NCBI GenBank assembly: GCA_002269645.1
Contig: NIVC01002785.1
Coordinates: 1 to 64,000 of the forward strand
Origin: Macrostomum lignano
Lineage: Eukaryota
Length of the DNA stretch: 64,000 nucleotides
Direction: 5' to 3'
A program made the position numbers and the translations under genes. The notes beneath the pieces were generated by a model. The model did no database searches, had not been told where the DNA came from, and saw only the letters and a list, made by a program, of their open reading frames with translations. This document shows positions 1 to 11,701 of this stretch, piece after piece (position 1 is the first letter of the stretch; each line of letters starts with the position of its first letter).

Positions 1-230
1 TTTGTTTTTTAAGTAGAAGAAAGTTTTTTCTGCTAAAACATACGCTGTTGTTTTCAAAATGCGAAAAAATATTGTACAATTTGAATGCCAATTTCTATTA
101 TCGAACGTCCACCGACGGAAGTTTGCGAAGATCAGCAGCAGCTTCATCTGATCTTGTTGCTTTGGCTTTTGTTTATGCTCCTAGTTGTATGCAACTTGGT
201 TGATATATTTTAATAAAGCATACGCACGCA

Positions 231-3200
231 ATGCCTCTCTTTGGAAAGAAAAAGAGGAAATTACTCAAGAGAGTCCAAGCCATCAAACTTCTCCAACAAA
301 ATCTACATCCGCAAAACAGCAATCATAATCATGGTCATGGTCCTACTTCACCATCTAAAAGTAAAAATCAAGAATACTATGATCCACCTCGCCCAAAGTA
401 CAATTTTCATTGCCAATTGGCTCATGGCAGCCCAACTGGAATAATTAGTGGATTCACTAATGTCAAGGAACTTTATGCTAAGATTGCAGAGTGCTACAAT
501 ATTGAGTCATCAGATGTAAGCCTTCATGAAATTATTTTAATTTCAGTGTTATTATGCTATGTTCATACTAGTTCTAAGAACTATCACTTGTTTTATCTTA
601 TTTTGACCTGTAGTAATAATATGGTTTTAGATATTTTATAAGCCTTTATTTCATTTATTATCTTGTAACCAAAGAAGTCTAAATAAAATATTGCATTTTT
701 CAGTTAGACTTTAACGATTTTAGCTATTTTCGATTCTGTAATAACATATTGCTTGTTTTTGGTTTTATTACAAACTAACAGCTATTATCTCATATAATAT
801 ATAGTATTATTATAAAATGAAAAGCAAATACAGAGATACATTTTATTTTTATCTTGAATAATTTGTTTATCTTATTGCTAGTGTTTATTTTTGTTATGCA
901 AGTCTTATTTATATTAGTCCAAGTGACAAGATTCTATAAATTGGCCTTTATATTAATTGATCTATTTATGTATAAAATCATAGTGACTATATTTATTGAA
1001 ACAAATCAACAAGTAGTCATAGTATTATACTCTCTCAAACTTGAAGTATGTAGAACCTAAAAAAGTAATGTCCATGAGCTTTTTAAAGTTGTCATATTTT
1101 TAGGCACAAAGTATTCAAGTTTATTATATTATAAATAATATGAGAACTAAGGGTTTATCAATAATACATTACCTTAGAACTATCATCAATAGGACATTGC
1201 TTTGTATTCTTATTGTATTTTTTTTTCCATATAAAATTTTTCTATATTTGTAATTTGACTAAGTTATATATTGAAGAAATTATTCATATTCTTTTTATAA
1301 TGGTATAATATATTATATGGTTTCTACTGTAAGTATATGATTAGTATACATTTAGTAGTTATACTAGTTTGGTCCTTCCTGGTGGCTATAAATATAGAAC
1401 TAATAGAATGTTTATGCTTTTAGTTTTCCTCTTTTACTTTAAATTGATTTAGAATTTACTCAGCAGTGCCAGTATGTGATACAATTAGAAAAATATTTCT
1501 AGCCTTTAGCCCTTTTATTCTCCTAGATCATCTTCTGCACTCTGAACACGCACAAGATCGAGATGGAGCACCTACTGGGTGGCCAAATTGGACTAGACGA
1601 TTTCCTATTTGCCCACATTAAAGGCCAGAAAAAGGAGATTGAAGTAGAAAAGTCGGAGGACGCCCTCGGCCTCACCATCACCGACAATGGCGCTGGTTAT
1701 GCTTTCATCAAGCGAATCAAGGCTGGCTCCATAATTGACAGAATTGACCACATCCAGCCCGGGGATCACATTGAGAAAATTGACGGCGAAAATTTCGTTG
1801 GTAAGAGGTTTTTTTTACTACACATCACAGATAAATATTCTAACTGCCTGTTGGAATGACTTGTATAAGTTTAGAAGCCAGATACTAGAATAACTAGATA
1901 TTTAGAAGCCAGCGAAGCTTGTAGATTTACACAACCTTCTAATTGGTTCAGCCATAATGACAATGTACATTAGCCAGCGCCAATGAAATGTACATGCTAG
2001 CTTTAGGCTGGAACATTGAATGAAGAAGGCAATAAAAATTGGGTGGCGGCGGGGTGGTTTTTGTGTGGAAAGACGCGGTTTGAGGGCTTAACCCACAGAT
2101 ACTAGAATGACTAGATGGGCCACTCAGGCATAAATACTTAGAAAACAGCTTTCTACTTTCAGCTCAGTGGCAAAGAAGAGTGCATAAACATTTTATAAAA
2201 ATAAAGGTAGCTGAAATGACTGATAAGTTTAGAAGCCAAGCTTGCAGGCGCAAACAACTTGCTAATTGGTTCAGCAGTAATGTACATTAGCCAGTCCACT
2301 GAAATGTACATGGCAGCTTTAGGCTGCAGTTTCGAGAAAGGCAATAAAAACTGGGGCGGGGCGGGGGGGTGTGTGGAAAGGCGCGGTTGGAGGGTTTAAG
2401 CTTGTGGGTAAGAGCACATAAATGAGCCTTGTCATAAAAATACATTAAAATGCTTCTGTTTAACTTACTACTGAACAGAAAGTAGTTTATACGCAAATGG
2501 GCTGAGTGGCCCATCTATCTTATTCTAGTAGCTGTGGTTACGTGTGTAAATTTATAAAATTCCTCTTATGCATTGGTCCACTGTTTCTTCCGCATCGCAG
2601 GTAAGCGTCACTTTGACGTTGCTAAGCGTCTAAAAGAAATTCCCAGAGGAACCACATTCGTGCTGCGCTTAGTTTCGCCGGAGAAGTCGCCATACGCTAA
2701 TTTGAATCCGCGCTCCGGCTCCCGCGGTCACCCAGCGGGTGGCGGCGGCGGGGCGGCGGACTCGGTAGCGGGAAGAAGACTATTCGCCTGAAGGCGCGGG
2801 GTGGCGGCGGCGGCGGCGGCGAGGAAGATGTTAGCGAGGTTAATTTTTTGTTATGGAAATCAGAGAAGTGACCAAAATTAGACTGTGTGAATAGATAATC
2901 CTGAAAGCCTTCTTATATTGTATACATGTAGGCTGTTGGCAGTAAAAAAACTAATTAGTTGATTCTATCTGAACTTACACAGCTTCTGCAATAAGCAACA
3001 TTATTTGAATAATTACTGCGTGTAGGCGATAAAACACCTGGCCAATAATTAGGCAACAAACTATCTGCCCAACTAATTAGACAACAAACTACCTCGCAAA
3101 CTAATTAGACAACAAATTATCTGGCCCACTAATTAGACTACAAACTACCTGGCCAACTAATTAGACCACAAACTACCTCGCAAACTAATTAGACAACAAA

Positions 3201-3816
3201 TTATCCGGCCAACTAATTAGACTACAAACTACCTGGCCAACTAATTAGACAACAAACTACCTGGCCAACTAATTAGACAACAAAGTACCTGGCCAACTAA
3301 TTAGAAAACAAGCTACCTGGCCAACTAATTAGCAACAAGTTACCCGACTAACAAATTAAGCAACAGACGGCATGATAGACCATATTTACTGAAAATTTCC
3401 CAGCTAGATACTATAGTTAGTAACCAGAAAGGCCAAATCAAAGCTAATCCGTCTCTAATCCGCACTGGCTCTGTATCCAGGCCCCGGATCAGGCGGCCGC
3501 CGCGGCCATCGAGGCCATTAATCGTCTAATCGAAGGCTTGTTAGGCATCTCGGACGCCGAGCTCGCCCAGAGCATCTGGGAGATCGGCCAGGTGGCCGGG
3601 AATCCGCACGAATTCGCTCTGATGGTGGATCGCGACCTCGGCGAGTTCGCCTTCCCGGATGGCCTCGTCTTCGACTTCTGGGGCGCCGTTAGCGACGCCA
3701 AAGCAGGTCGAATCCGGCCCGGAAGTGGCGGCGGCGGCGGCGGCAGGGCGCCTGCGGATTCACTGGAAGCTGAGCCGGAAGAAGAGGGTGCAGTGGAGTT
3801 CACAGAGGAGTTCTAA
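231..3816 (+). CDS. GIPC1: GIPC family PDZ-domain adaptor (GH1-PDZ-GH2), 4 exons: 231-515, 1527-1800, 2601-2838, 3481-3816; apparent 1-nt frameshift near 2751
   Basis: Translation contains [82 protein letters not shown] and C-terminal [26 protein letters not shown], all matching GIPC motifs I recognise. GT-AG junctions have compatible phases. Confidence 0.93.
1878..2093 (+). mobile_element. Partial, diverged copy of the CACAGA-MITE family, abutting the full copy at 2094
   Basis: Shares CAGATACTAGAATAACTAGAT and internal blocks (AATTGGTTCAGC, TGTACATTAGCCAG, GGCAATAAAAATTG) with the full copies. Confidence 0.65.
2094..2536 (+). mobile_element. ~440-bp non-autonomous TIR element (CACAGA-MITE), copy in GIPC intron 2
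   Basis: Ends CACAGATACTAGAATGACTAGATGGGCCACTCAG ... CTGAGTGGCCCATCTATCTTATTCTAGTAGCTGTG form a ~34-bp inverted repeat; internal sequence is shared with 3995, 13451 and 22307. Confidence 0.85.
3045..3360. repeat. 28-bp minisatellite (CTAATTAGACAACAAACTACCTGGCCAA, ~11 units) in GIPC intron 3
   Basis: Direct tandem units visible. Confidence 0.9.
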
Positions 3817-3994
3817 TGTTGGCTGAGTGTTTGCTGACTGCAGTTTTTCTGTTTGTACACAAAAGACGCGATTATTTGTTTTCTATCACAACTTTTAACG
3901 TAAAAAACTGAACAACTGCAACAATCAGCCTGCACTGTCTGAAATGGAGGGTTTTTGGAAGAAGAGCTGGCTACTCCATTTTCTCATTCTGGGT

Positions 3995-4442
3995 CACAGA
4001 TACTAAACTAACTAGATGGGCCACTTAGGCATATATATCCTTAGTAAAACAGCTTTCTACTTTCAGTTCAGTAGCAAAGAAGAATACATAAGCTAATTTT
4101 ATAAAAAAGAAAATGACTTCGATAAGTTTAGAAGCCCAAGCTTGCAAGCATAATCAACTTGCTAATTGGTTCAGCAGCAATGTACATTAGCCAGTCCACT
4201 GAAATGTACATGCCAGCTTTAGGCTGGAATTCCGAGAAAGGCAATAAAAATTGTGGCGGGGCGGGGGAGGGTAGTGTGGAAAGGCGCGTTCGGAGGGTTT
4301 AAGCTGGGGGGGGGTAAGAGCCAATAAATCAGCCTTGGCTTTAAAAATGCTCTAAAATTCTTCTGTTCGACTTACTACTGAACTGAAAGTAGCTTACACG
4401 CAAATGTGCTTAGTGGCCCATCTAGTTATTCTCGTATCTGTG
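3995..4442 (+). mobile_element. CACAGA-MITE copy
   Basis: Same TIRs; flanks TTCTGGGT / CTCTGTGT are a 6/8 match to an 8-bp TSD. Confidence 0.88.
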
Positions 4443-4964
4443 CTCTGTGTCTCCTATACTTACTTTAACGAATTGAGTTGCCTTTTTGAACAATTTTAAA
4501 TAGGAAAAATAAGAAGTCATAAATCAATATTATTCATTGTTGCGATATCAGACTTGTGTTCGCGAACCCATTGTTATCGATAAAAAGGTTGTGGAACTAC
4601 TTATATACGTGTTTCTCTGTGGACTACATAATTCACTCGTGACTTTGGTACATTTTTTATGCTTCTTATGCTTTTCTTGCGCTCAATTTGCTTTACTAAT
4701 TGAATCTCTGTTTGTTTTGCAGAGTTAAGCAAGTCGAGCCACACAAATCAGTCAGTGTTCCTGAGTTATTTTTTATTCACCGTATTAGTTTTGTCGTTTT
4801 TGTCTTTGTTGTTAAATAGGTTTTTTTACTTTTTTGGCTAGTGTTTCTTTTTTGCTCGTTTGCCATCGTTATAAAAATCTTTCGCACTTGTTCGAGAATG
4901 ATAAGTCATTTTTGAAGGTTTTTATCGCTTTTGCTGATTACTCTCTTGGCCAATCAAAAGACAT

Positions 4965-5220
4965 GCGGTTAAGGTGGAGTTGGTAACTGAGCACCCAATC
5001 AGAAACTAGTAAGTGCAGAGGTTGGTTATTGATCAGCCAATCAGAAGCCAGTCAGGGCAGAGGTTGGTTATTAATCAGCCAATTAGAAACCAGCCAGGGC
5101 AAAGGTTGGTGATTAATCAGCCAATGAAAAGCCAGTCGGTGCAAAGGTGGTTTTAACAGCCAATAAGAAGCAGTCAGGCAAAGTTTGATTGAACAGCCAA
5201 TCAGAAGCCAGTTTGACAGT
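4965..5220 (+). repeat. Degenerate ~42-bp tandem repeat, each unit carrying a CCAAT box (CAGCCAATCAGAA)
   Basis: About 6-7 (A/G)GCCAAT-type motifs at regular spacing. Confidence 0.6.
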
Positions 5221-6103
5221 TAGCTAGTCTTGTGTTTATAAATGGACCTTTGCCGTGCTAATTCGCTTGTCACTTCCTGCACTTTTCTTATTTTTTGAGG
5301 CGCTTTTGCCTAAAACGGTTTGTAATGCATTCCATTTTGTGTAAGACAGCACTTTTTAGACGCTAATTTCACTTTTTTGAGTCTCCGTGTCATTTAAAAA
5401 AATATTTTCAATCGCACCCAAAAAGTTTAGAATCTTGTTTTCATAAAACTGTTTCAAAATAGAAATCCGCGGTTTCAAGCCACATAATCGCGTGTGCTCA
5501 ATGTAAACCATAAACTTCATTCATCAACTACTTGAATTGCACTTTCGCGTCAAACAGAAAAATAGCTTTATATATGGGTCACTTTTAACCATTTCCTAAA
5601 TATTTTCACATTAAAATACCTTATGTGACCGGAGTTACAGTTTTTTCATTTTTCATTGTTTTCATACATAATGGATTCTGTTCTAAATATGCATGCGCAT
5701 ATAGCTTTACTTACTTAACTTGTAGAGAGAGCAGTTATAGTCAAGCTTATACAGTTTACAATTACGAGTAAAAATCGTATAAAAATCACTGGCTGTGTGC
5801 TGCCACCTACTGTTTATTTGATTTTTCGGTTGTGTACTAACGTCTACGTGCATGTACATGCATTCACAAACAGCTTTCCGTCATCATTATGTTCACTATG
5901 CGCGTCTACTGGGTTGTTTCTAATTCACGTATTATTGTTATTATTAAATAAACAAACAAACGATTCACTTATTGGTAATAGAAATTTATTCGAAATGAAA
6001 ATTACAAAACTGCAGAATCTATCTTTCTTGCTTTTTAAATATTACTTTACAAGGAATACTAAAGTAGAAGGACGCAACACTCGACGTCTATGGAAAAATT
6101 GTT

Positions 6104-6900
6104 TTGAAGGCCACTTTTCGCCAAAAAGTACATTACGGAGATAGGGATAACGACGCCAGTTTGCTACCGCCCAAGTTTAGCGGCCAATCAAACGTCCACT
6201 TTTGGCTGAGCATCTTTGAAGACTTCGTCGAAAACAATAATTGGTACGATGCAAAGTGTTCCTCCAAAGTGAGGCTCCTGCTGAGAGGGGAGGCCCAGGT
6301 CTGTGTTTGGGACATGCCAGATGCTGAGAAAAAAAGTTATAAGAAAATCAAGGCACTTCTTCTCGAGCAGTACGGCGGTTCTGCGAATCAGCACCGCGCC
6401 ATCGCCACGCAGGAGTTCCAAAGTCGACAACGCAAGAATGGCGAGTCAATCAGGAAGCTCTTGTTCGCTCTCAGGCTGCTGTACATGGGAGCCTGCCCGG
6501 ATGACCCACCAACGCTCCGCGATCGGGACGTCAAGTTCAGAATTATCCATCTATTAAGCGCAGGGATACCCGAAGCCCTGCTCAAGGAGAGCGACTCGGA
6601 TACATGAACACTGGGCACGCTGGTCGAGAGAGCCACCAGACTGGAGCTGGTGATGAGCAAGAACACGCCCGCAAGTTTGCCTATGGTCTTCGCGGTTAAC
6701 GGAGTTTCCTTGCCTGACCAGTGCGCCATGTGGTCCGATCTCAATTCCGCCGTCCACCAAAAACTTCTCGAACTTCTGTCGACCGCTGTTGGACAAGGTG
6801 CTCGGAGAGCGCCTTGAAGACACTCTGCAGAATTAAGTGCATCGGGTTGCTGTTCCTCCAGGAAGTCAATTGATCCCTGCTGCTGTCGAGCTGGGTGGTG
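6104..6900 (+). mobile_element. Ty3/gypsy-type gag (capsid) remnant, 5'-truncated, with an internal stop at 6605
   Basis: LPPKFSGQSNVHFWLSIFE...LRGEAQ...QEFQSRQRKNGESIRK resembles the retrotransposon gag capsid motif pattern. Confidence 0.75.
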
Positions 6901-6919
6901 GCGGTTCGACTCAGCATGT

Positions 6920-8190
6920 CCGGACGACATTCTCTCGACCAGGCCGACAGCAGAGCGTAAAGTTGAACTGCTGAATCGTGTCAAGCCAGCGCGCCAGACG
7001 CCCTTCAGGTTCCTTAGTCTGCAGCAGGCCCTTCAGTGGCTGATGATCGGTGAACGTGGTGAAGTGCTTCACGTTACACACGTACGACTTGAAATGTTTT
7101 AGGCTCCATACTAAGGCGAGCAGTTCTCTGTTGGTAGCTGAATATAGTTCCTTTCTGTCTTATTCAGGGTCCTTGAGGCGAAAGCAACCGGCAGTTCCGC
7201 ATCTCTGTGCGCCTGACTGCATGAGAACCGCACAGATTGCAAATGCGCTTGCATCGCAACTCAGGATGAAGGGCCGGCTATAAAGATCTGCTGGTAGCCT
7301 AAGCACGGAAGCCTGGCAGATCCTTTCCTCTAGTTCGGTGAAAGCATGCTCACACTCATACGTTCAGGTGAAGCCGGTCTTTTGCGTAGCTGCATGCAGA
7401 GGCGCAGCTATCCTGCTGAAGTCGTGGATGAATCACCGGTAAAATCCCAGCATGCCGATGAATCGCCTCACTTCCTCAGCTGAGCTCGGCGTCTGAGTCT
7501 TCGATAAAGCTTCCCTTCCACTTTACTGGGGACTGGCCTCCTTTGCTGCTGACAAGATGGCCCAGGTACTTGACACTACGGTATGCAAACACGGACTTCT
7601 CCTTGTTTAGCTTGTTCACCGGCCTTGTTCAGCGCTTTGAAACCGTTCAAAAACCCGGCGTAGACTGACTAGATGCTGGTCAAAGCTCTTGCTGAATACT
7701 ATTAGATCATCCATGTAGACCAGGACCTCCTCCCACGCGAGGCCAGACATGATCAGCTCCATTAGCCGTTGGAACGTAGCCGGCGAGTTGCACATTCCAA
7801 ATCCCATTTTCTTGAACTGCATGAATCCTCTGGTAGAGTAAAACGTCGTCTTGTAGCGGTCGGCTTCCTCAACTTCCACTTTATTAAAACACTGCTTGCA
7901 ATCGATTGTCGTAAACCAAGAGCAGCCTAAGAGCGCGTCCATGGACTTGTTGCAGGTGTGGGAGCGGATTTATAGGCGTCCTCGACCCTAGCGGCATTCA
8001 GCTGGCGCCAGTCAGTGCAGATGCGGATGTCTCCGCTCTTCTTCTTGACTATGCCGTGGCCCATGGAGAGCTCGACGGCTAATGATGTCGTGCGAAAGCA
8101 TCTGGCCAATCTTGTCGTTGCGAATGGTCCCTCAGCAGCAGGGGAATCGGTCGCTGGCGCTGCCTGAATGGCCGTGCTCCGGCCTCGAGC
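6920..8190 (-). mobile_element. Ty3/gypsy pol remnant (RT and RNase H), frameshifted
   Basis: IVKKKSGDIRICTDWRQLN, FGMCNSPATFQRLM and VYMDDLIVFS (RT), plus ILSCDASAFAICAVL and TDHQPL (RNase H) read on the minus strand. Confidence 0.88.
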
Positions 8191-8362
8191 TTCGGCAGGA
8201 GTTCCTAAGAAAAGGAATTTTTCGGCGAAAAGTGGCCTTCAAAAACTTTCTCCATGAAACGTGAGTGTCGCGTCCTGTATATACGTTGCTTTAGTTGTCC
8301 TTGGTATCGACGCCAACGGCAGATTTACACTGTACGTATGCTGAGTGTACTTTCATTACAAC

Positions 8363-8400
8363 CACAGATACTAAAATAACTAGTTATTCTAGTATCTGTG
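8363..8400. mobile_element. 38-bp TIR-only remnant of the CACAGA-MITE family with a perfect 8-bp TSD
   Basis: ATTACAAC-[CACAGATACTAAAATAACTAGTTATTCTAGTATCTGTG]-ATTACAAC. Confidence 0.85.
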
Positions 8401-10280
8401 ATTACAACCGACGGTTCAGCTGCATATGACGTCGTTATCCATCGATGTAATGTAAAAGCACATATATTTGTCATCGACGTCAATAATAGACGTTAACAAC
8501 GTCGGCCAAACGTCGCTGACGTCAGATTGCTGTAAGCGGTACAGTCTACTAAACAAACCTCGGTGTCAGATTGTTGATCATCGCCACATTTACATACATG
8601 TACGTAATTTTAATTTTCATGACACGCCAATGAAATGCAGATTTTTCTAAGACAACCATCACACGTTTCATGCATCACTGAGGATGCATAAATGTGTACA
8701 TAACGTCTACAACGGCTCTTATCTAGGCATTTTAGCAATCACAGTGGTCATCGATTTTATGATCTCATACTAGATACTACTAATTGACTCTAGCTTTCTT
8801 GCTACGTAAAAATATACGAAAAACTTCGTTTCTAAGAAAACCTTTTAAGACTGACTTTTTTACGCGGAAATTGTCTTCTTGATATATAATAATTATATTA
8901 TTAATTGATATAATCATGTCTCGAAAGTTATGCCAGGAAAACTTATCCTTTTTAAACACAAAACTGTTTTATTAAATATGTGTTAAATGCTTATATCATA
9001 CTAATAATACTACTTGCCTGTTTTAGGCCCCTATCATTTCTATAAATTTTGCTTTAACAACTGAACTCTGATGCCTTCATCTTACTTATAAAGTTATAAT
9101 ATAACATTTTTAGTATATGGAAATTGGCTATTGTGACTACAATTACAACTAGGACTATGGCTAGGACCTATAATGTAAGATAGAGTCTATAATATATATA
9201 TATATAAACCTATGCCTTGACTTGACTATACTATAGTCAACTTACTATGATTTAACACCAAAGCCTATATATATATATCAGATATAGGCCTACTAAAAAT
9301 ATCATACTATATATTAATACATGTGTATATATAAATTATAATGTATTATCCATACTAAAATAGAAAAATAATAAATAGGCCTACAATGGCCCTTTGAGCC
9401 TATCCCTTTAATACACTAGGCCTACTGGCCTACTAGATTTATTATATTATAGGGTAAGGATATCAATTCTCTAGAAAATTTGTATCCCTAAGACCCAAGG
9501 ATTTTTTTTGGCTAAACCCTTAGCTAGAGTCTCTAGTAAAGAATATATAAACATAAAAAATATATCTATCCAAAGTTCCAAACCAAAAAAACTTGTAGAT
9601 ATATCATATAGCAGTTTGATTATATATATGATTAGACTATATTTGACTATGTAATTGCTAATGCTAGTATATATAATAATAGATAGTATTGTATAGAATA
9701 TAAAACTTATAATAGTTAAAATATATATAAAAATAATTAAAATATATATAATAGGCTATATATAAAAATTAAAATATTACTAAATCCCACCTTAGAAAAT
9801 TATAATATGATCTAGACTACCTACCTTACGCTATCTACTATCTTGCTTGCTTGTCTTCTTAAATGCTTCAACACTTGTCTATCTGTTTATCTGCTTGCCT
9901 AGGTCCCTGCCTATCTATCTATCTATTAAGGCAGAATTGCTACTATTTAATCACAGTTGGGAAACAGCTTGAAGCTCACAATAAGATGCTATTGTCAACA
10001 ATTGAAGTATGTATATAATGTAATCAGCTTTAACAGAGTGTCATCACTGAATTGTGAGCCCACTTTTGTTAGAAAGAGTCTTGCTAACAAAAATGCATAT
10101 TCTGCTGCAACACAAGTTGCAAAGATAGAAATCAGAATTATATATAATAACTTTATATTTCTAGCATGTTGATATAAGATAATACTGATTAAGCAGTTTT
10201 ATTTATAAAAAAAATATGATATATTATGAAGTGTTAAATTCCCAGTTTATTAAAATTCACTATCTCTGGAGTTGGAGTTT

Positions 10281-10566
10281 GGGGTTATAGCCTTGTGGTT
10301 AGAGCATCAGACTCACAAATTGAAGTCAGGGGTTCAATTCCAAATCCCACTAGAAAAAATTGTCTTAAGCAAGACATTTAATTCTGCATTGCTTCAGTTC
10401 ACCTAGCTGTAAACAGGGTAATTAAGGGTGTGTGTGGTGACCTTTTAGTCCTTTGACTGAATAGCTATACATGTATGTAGCCTTAAGATGTGCCACACAA
10501 GAGCTGTAGCTGAGTTGCCACTGCACATCTGGCCCAATTGCAGCAGGTGTAATCTATTATTATTAT
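10281..10566 (+). mobile_element. Degenerate tRNA-derived SINE with a CORE-like central domain
   Basis: A-box-like TAGCCTTGTGGTTAGAGC, B-box GGTTCAATTCC, then GCAAGACATTTAAT...CAGTTCACCTAGCTGTAAA resembling the CORE-SINE domain, and a (TAT)n-like tail. Confidence 0.55.
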
Positions 10567-10689
10567 TAACACAGCTGCTCTCTACTTCCAGTTCAGTAGC
10601 AAAGAAGAATACATTTTATAAAAATGGAGCCAGCTAAAATCACAATGCCCCTTTGCCCACTAATTTGGCATCTTCTTATATCAGGCTTG

Positions 10690-10925
10690 GACCCCTTAGT
10701 GCTGGCTCCCCTTAGTGCTGGCGCCCCTTGGTGCTGGCGCCCCTTGGTGCTGGCGCCCCTTGGTGCTGGCCCCCCTTGGTGCTGGCGCCCCTTGGTGCTG
10801 GCGCCCCTTGGTGCTGGCTCCCCTTGGTGCTGGCGCCCCTTGGTGCTGGCGCCCCTTGTTGCTGGCGCCCCTTGGTGCTGGCGCCCCTTGGTGCTGGCGC
10901 CCCTTGATGCTGGCGCCCCTTGGTG
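10690..10925. repeat. 16-bp minisatellite (GCTGGCGCCCCTTGGT)n
   Basis: About 14 tandem units; the same unit occurs at 50925-51030. Confidence 0.92.
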
Positions 10926-10966
10926 TCAATCAGCATTACATTTTCGAGAGTAAATTTTTCAGAGAA

Positions 10967-11701
10967 ATGCTGTCGCCCGGCTTGGACCAACCCGACCGCG
11001 CCCATGTCGACGCCGATGAACCTCCTGTCCGGGACGTCGGCTTGAACGAAGTCGACTTCGACATTGACATTGACGCGCCTCAGCCGCCGCCTCCGCCACC
11101 GGCGGCTCTGCTAGACGAGTCGGATTTGGACAAGTGCAGCCGGGCCGACCTCCTAGCGATGCTCCGCGACCTCCTGGCCGACCGCGTCCGCCTGCTGCGT
11201 CGGCATTCGAGCACAGTTGATCAGCTCAGCGCCCGCCTGAGCTGGCGCTCAGACGAGTTGCACTCGATTCGCCAGTCCGCCGAGTCGGTCGGCCGAGAGA
11301 ACGCCGACCTGCGCCGCCTGCTGGCCGGGGTCGAGTCCGAGCGGCTGCGCCTGCTGGACACCGGCCAGCAGTGGCGGGCCTTGGCCGGGCAGAGCGGCGC
11401 CGCCCTGGCCAACGAGCTGGCCGACCTGCGAGTCAAAGTGGCCGGTCTGGAGCGCCTGCTCGGACAGCTGGACGGCGGCGACTATCGGAGGCTGCCAGCT
11501 GACGGTCAGGAGGCCGCCGCCTCCATCAACTCTGCCGTTGCCAACTCGACGTCAGTCAGACTCGGCGCGGACGCTTCAATTGATGTTGGGCGTCGACTGG
11601 CTAGCGTGGAATCTTCGCTGCCGTCGATGCGGCCGTCGGAGGCGCTGATGCTGAGGCATCTGGTGACGCTGGCCCGGCAGAAGCAGTCTGCCGCTCATTA
11701 G
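10967..11701 (+). CDS. Uncharacterised coiled-coil protein (244 aa from ATG 10967; may be an internal or terminal exon after the TTTTTCAG acceptor at 10962)
   Basis: Long GC3-rich open frame with an acidic/Pro-rich start and heptad-like helices (RENADLRRLLAGVESERLRLL, LANELADLRVKVAGLERLL). No family recognised. Confidence 0.6.
   Translation: MLSPGLDQPDRAHVDADEPPVRDVGLNEVDFDIDIDAPQPPPPPPAALLDESDLDKCSRADLLAMLRDLLADRVRLLRRHSSTVDQLSARLSWRSDELHSIRQSAESVGRENADLRRLLAGVESERLRLLDTGQQWRALAGQSGAALANELADLRVKVAGLERLLGQLDGGDYRRLPADGQEAAASINSAVANSTSVRLGADASIDVGRRLASVESSLPSMRPSEALMLRHLVTLARQKQSAAH

Larger units (their letters stand above)
6050..8303. repeat. ~90-bp imperfect inverted repeats (6050-6140 and 8216-8303) bracketing the gag and pol fragments; third copy at 40666-40770
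   Basis: CAAGGA(C/A)...CTAAAG...GGACGC...TTTTGAAGGCCACTTTTCGCC(G/A)AAAAA occurs on + at 6050 and 40666 and on - at 8303. Confidence 0.7.

Noticed and set aside
10281-10355. tRNA-like A and B boxes
   Set aside because: No convincing cloverleaf or acceptor stem, and it continues into a SINE-type core; annotated as a SINE instead.
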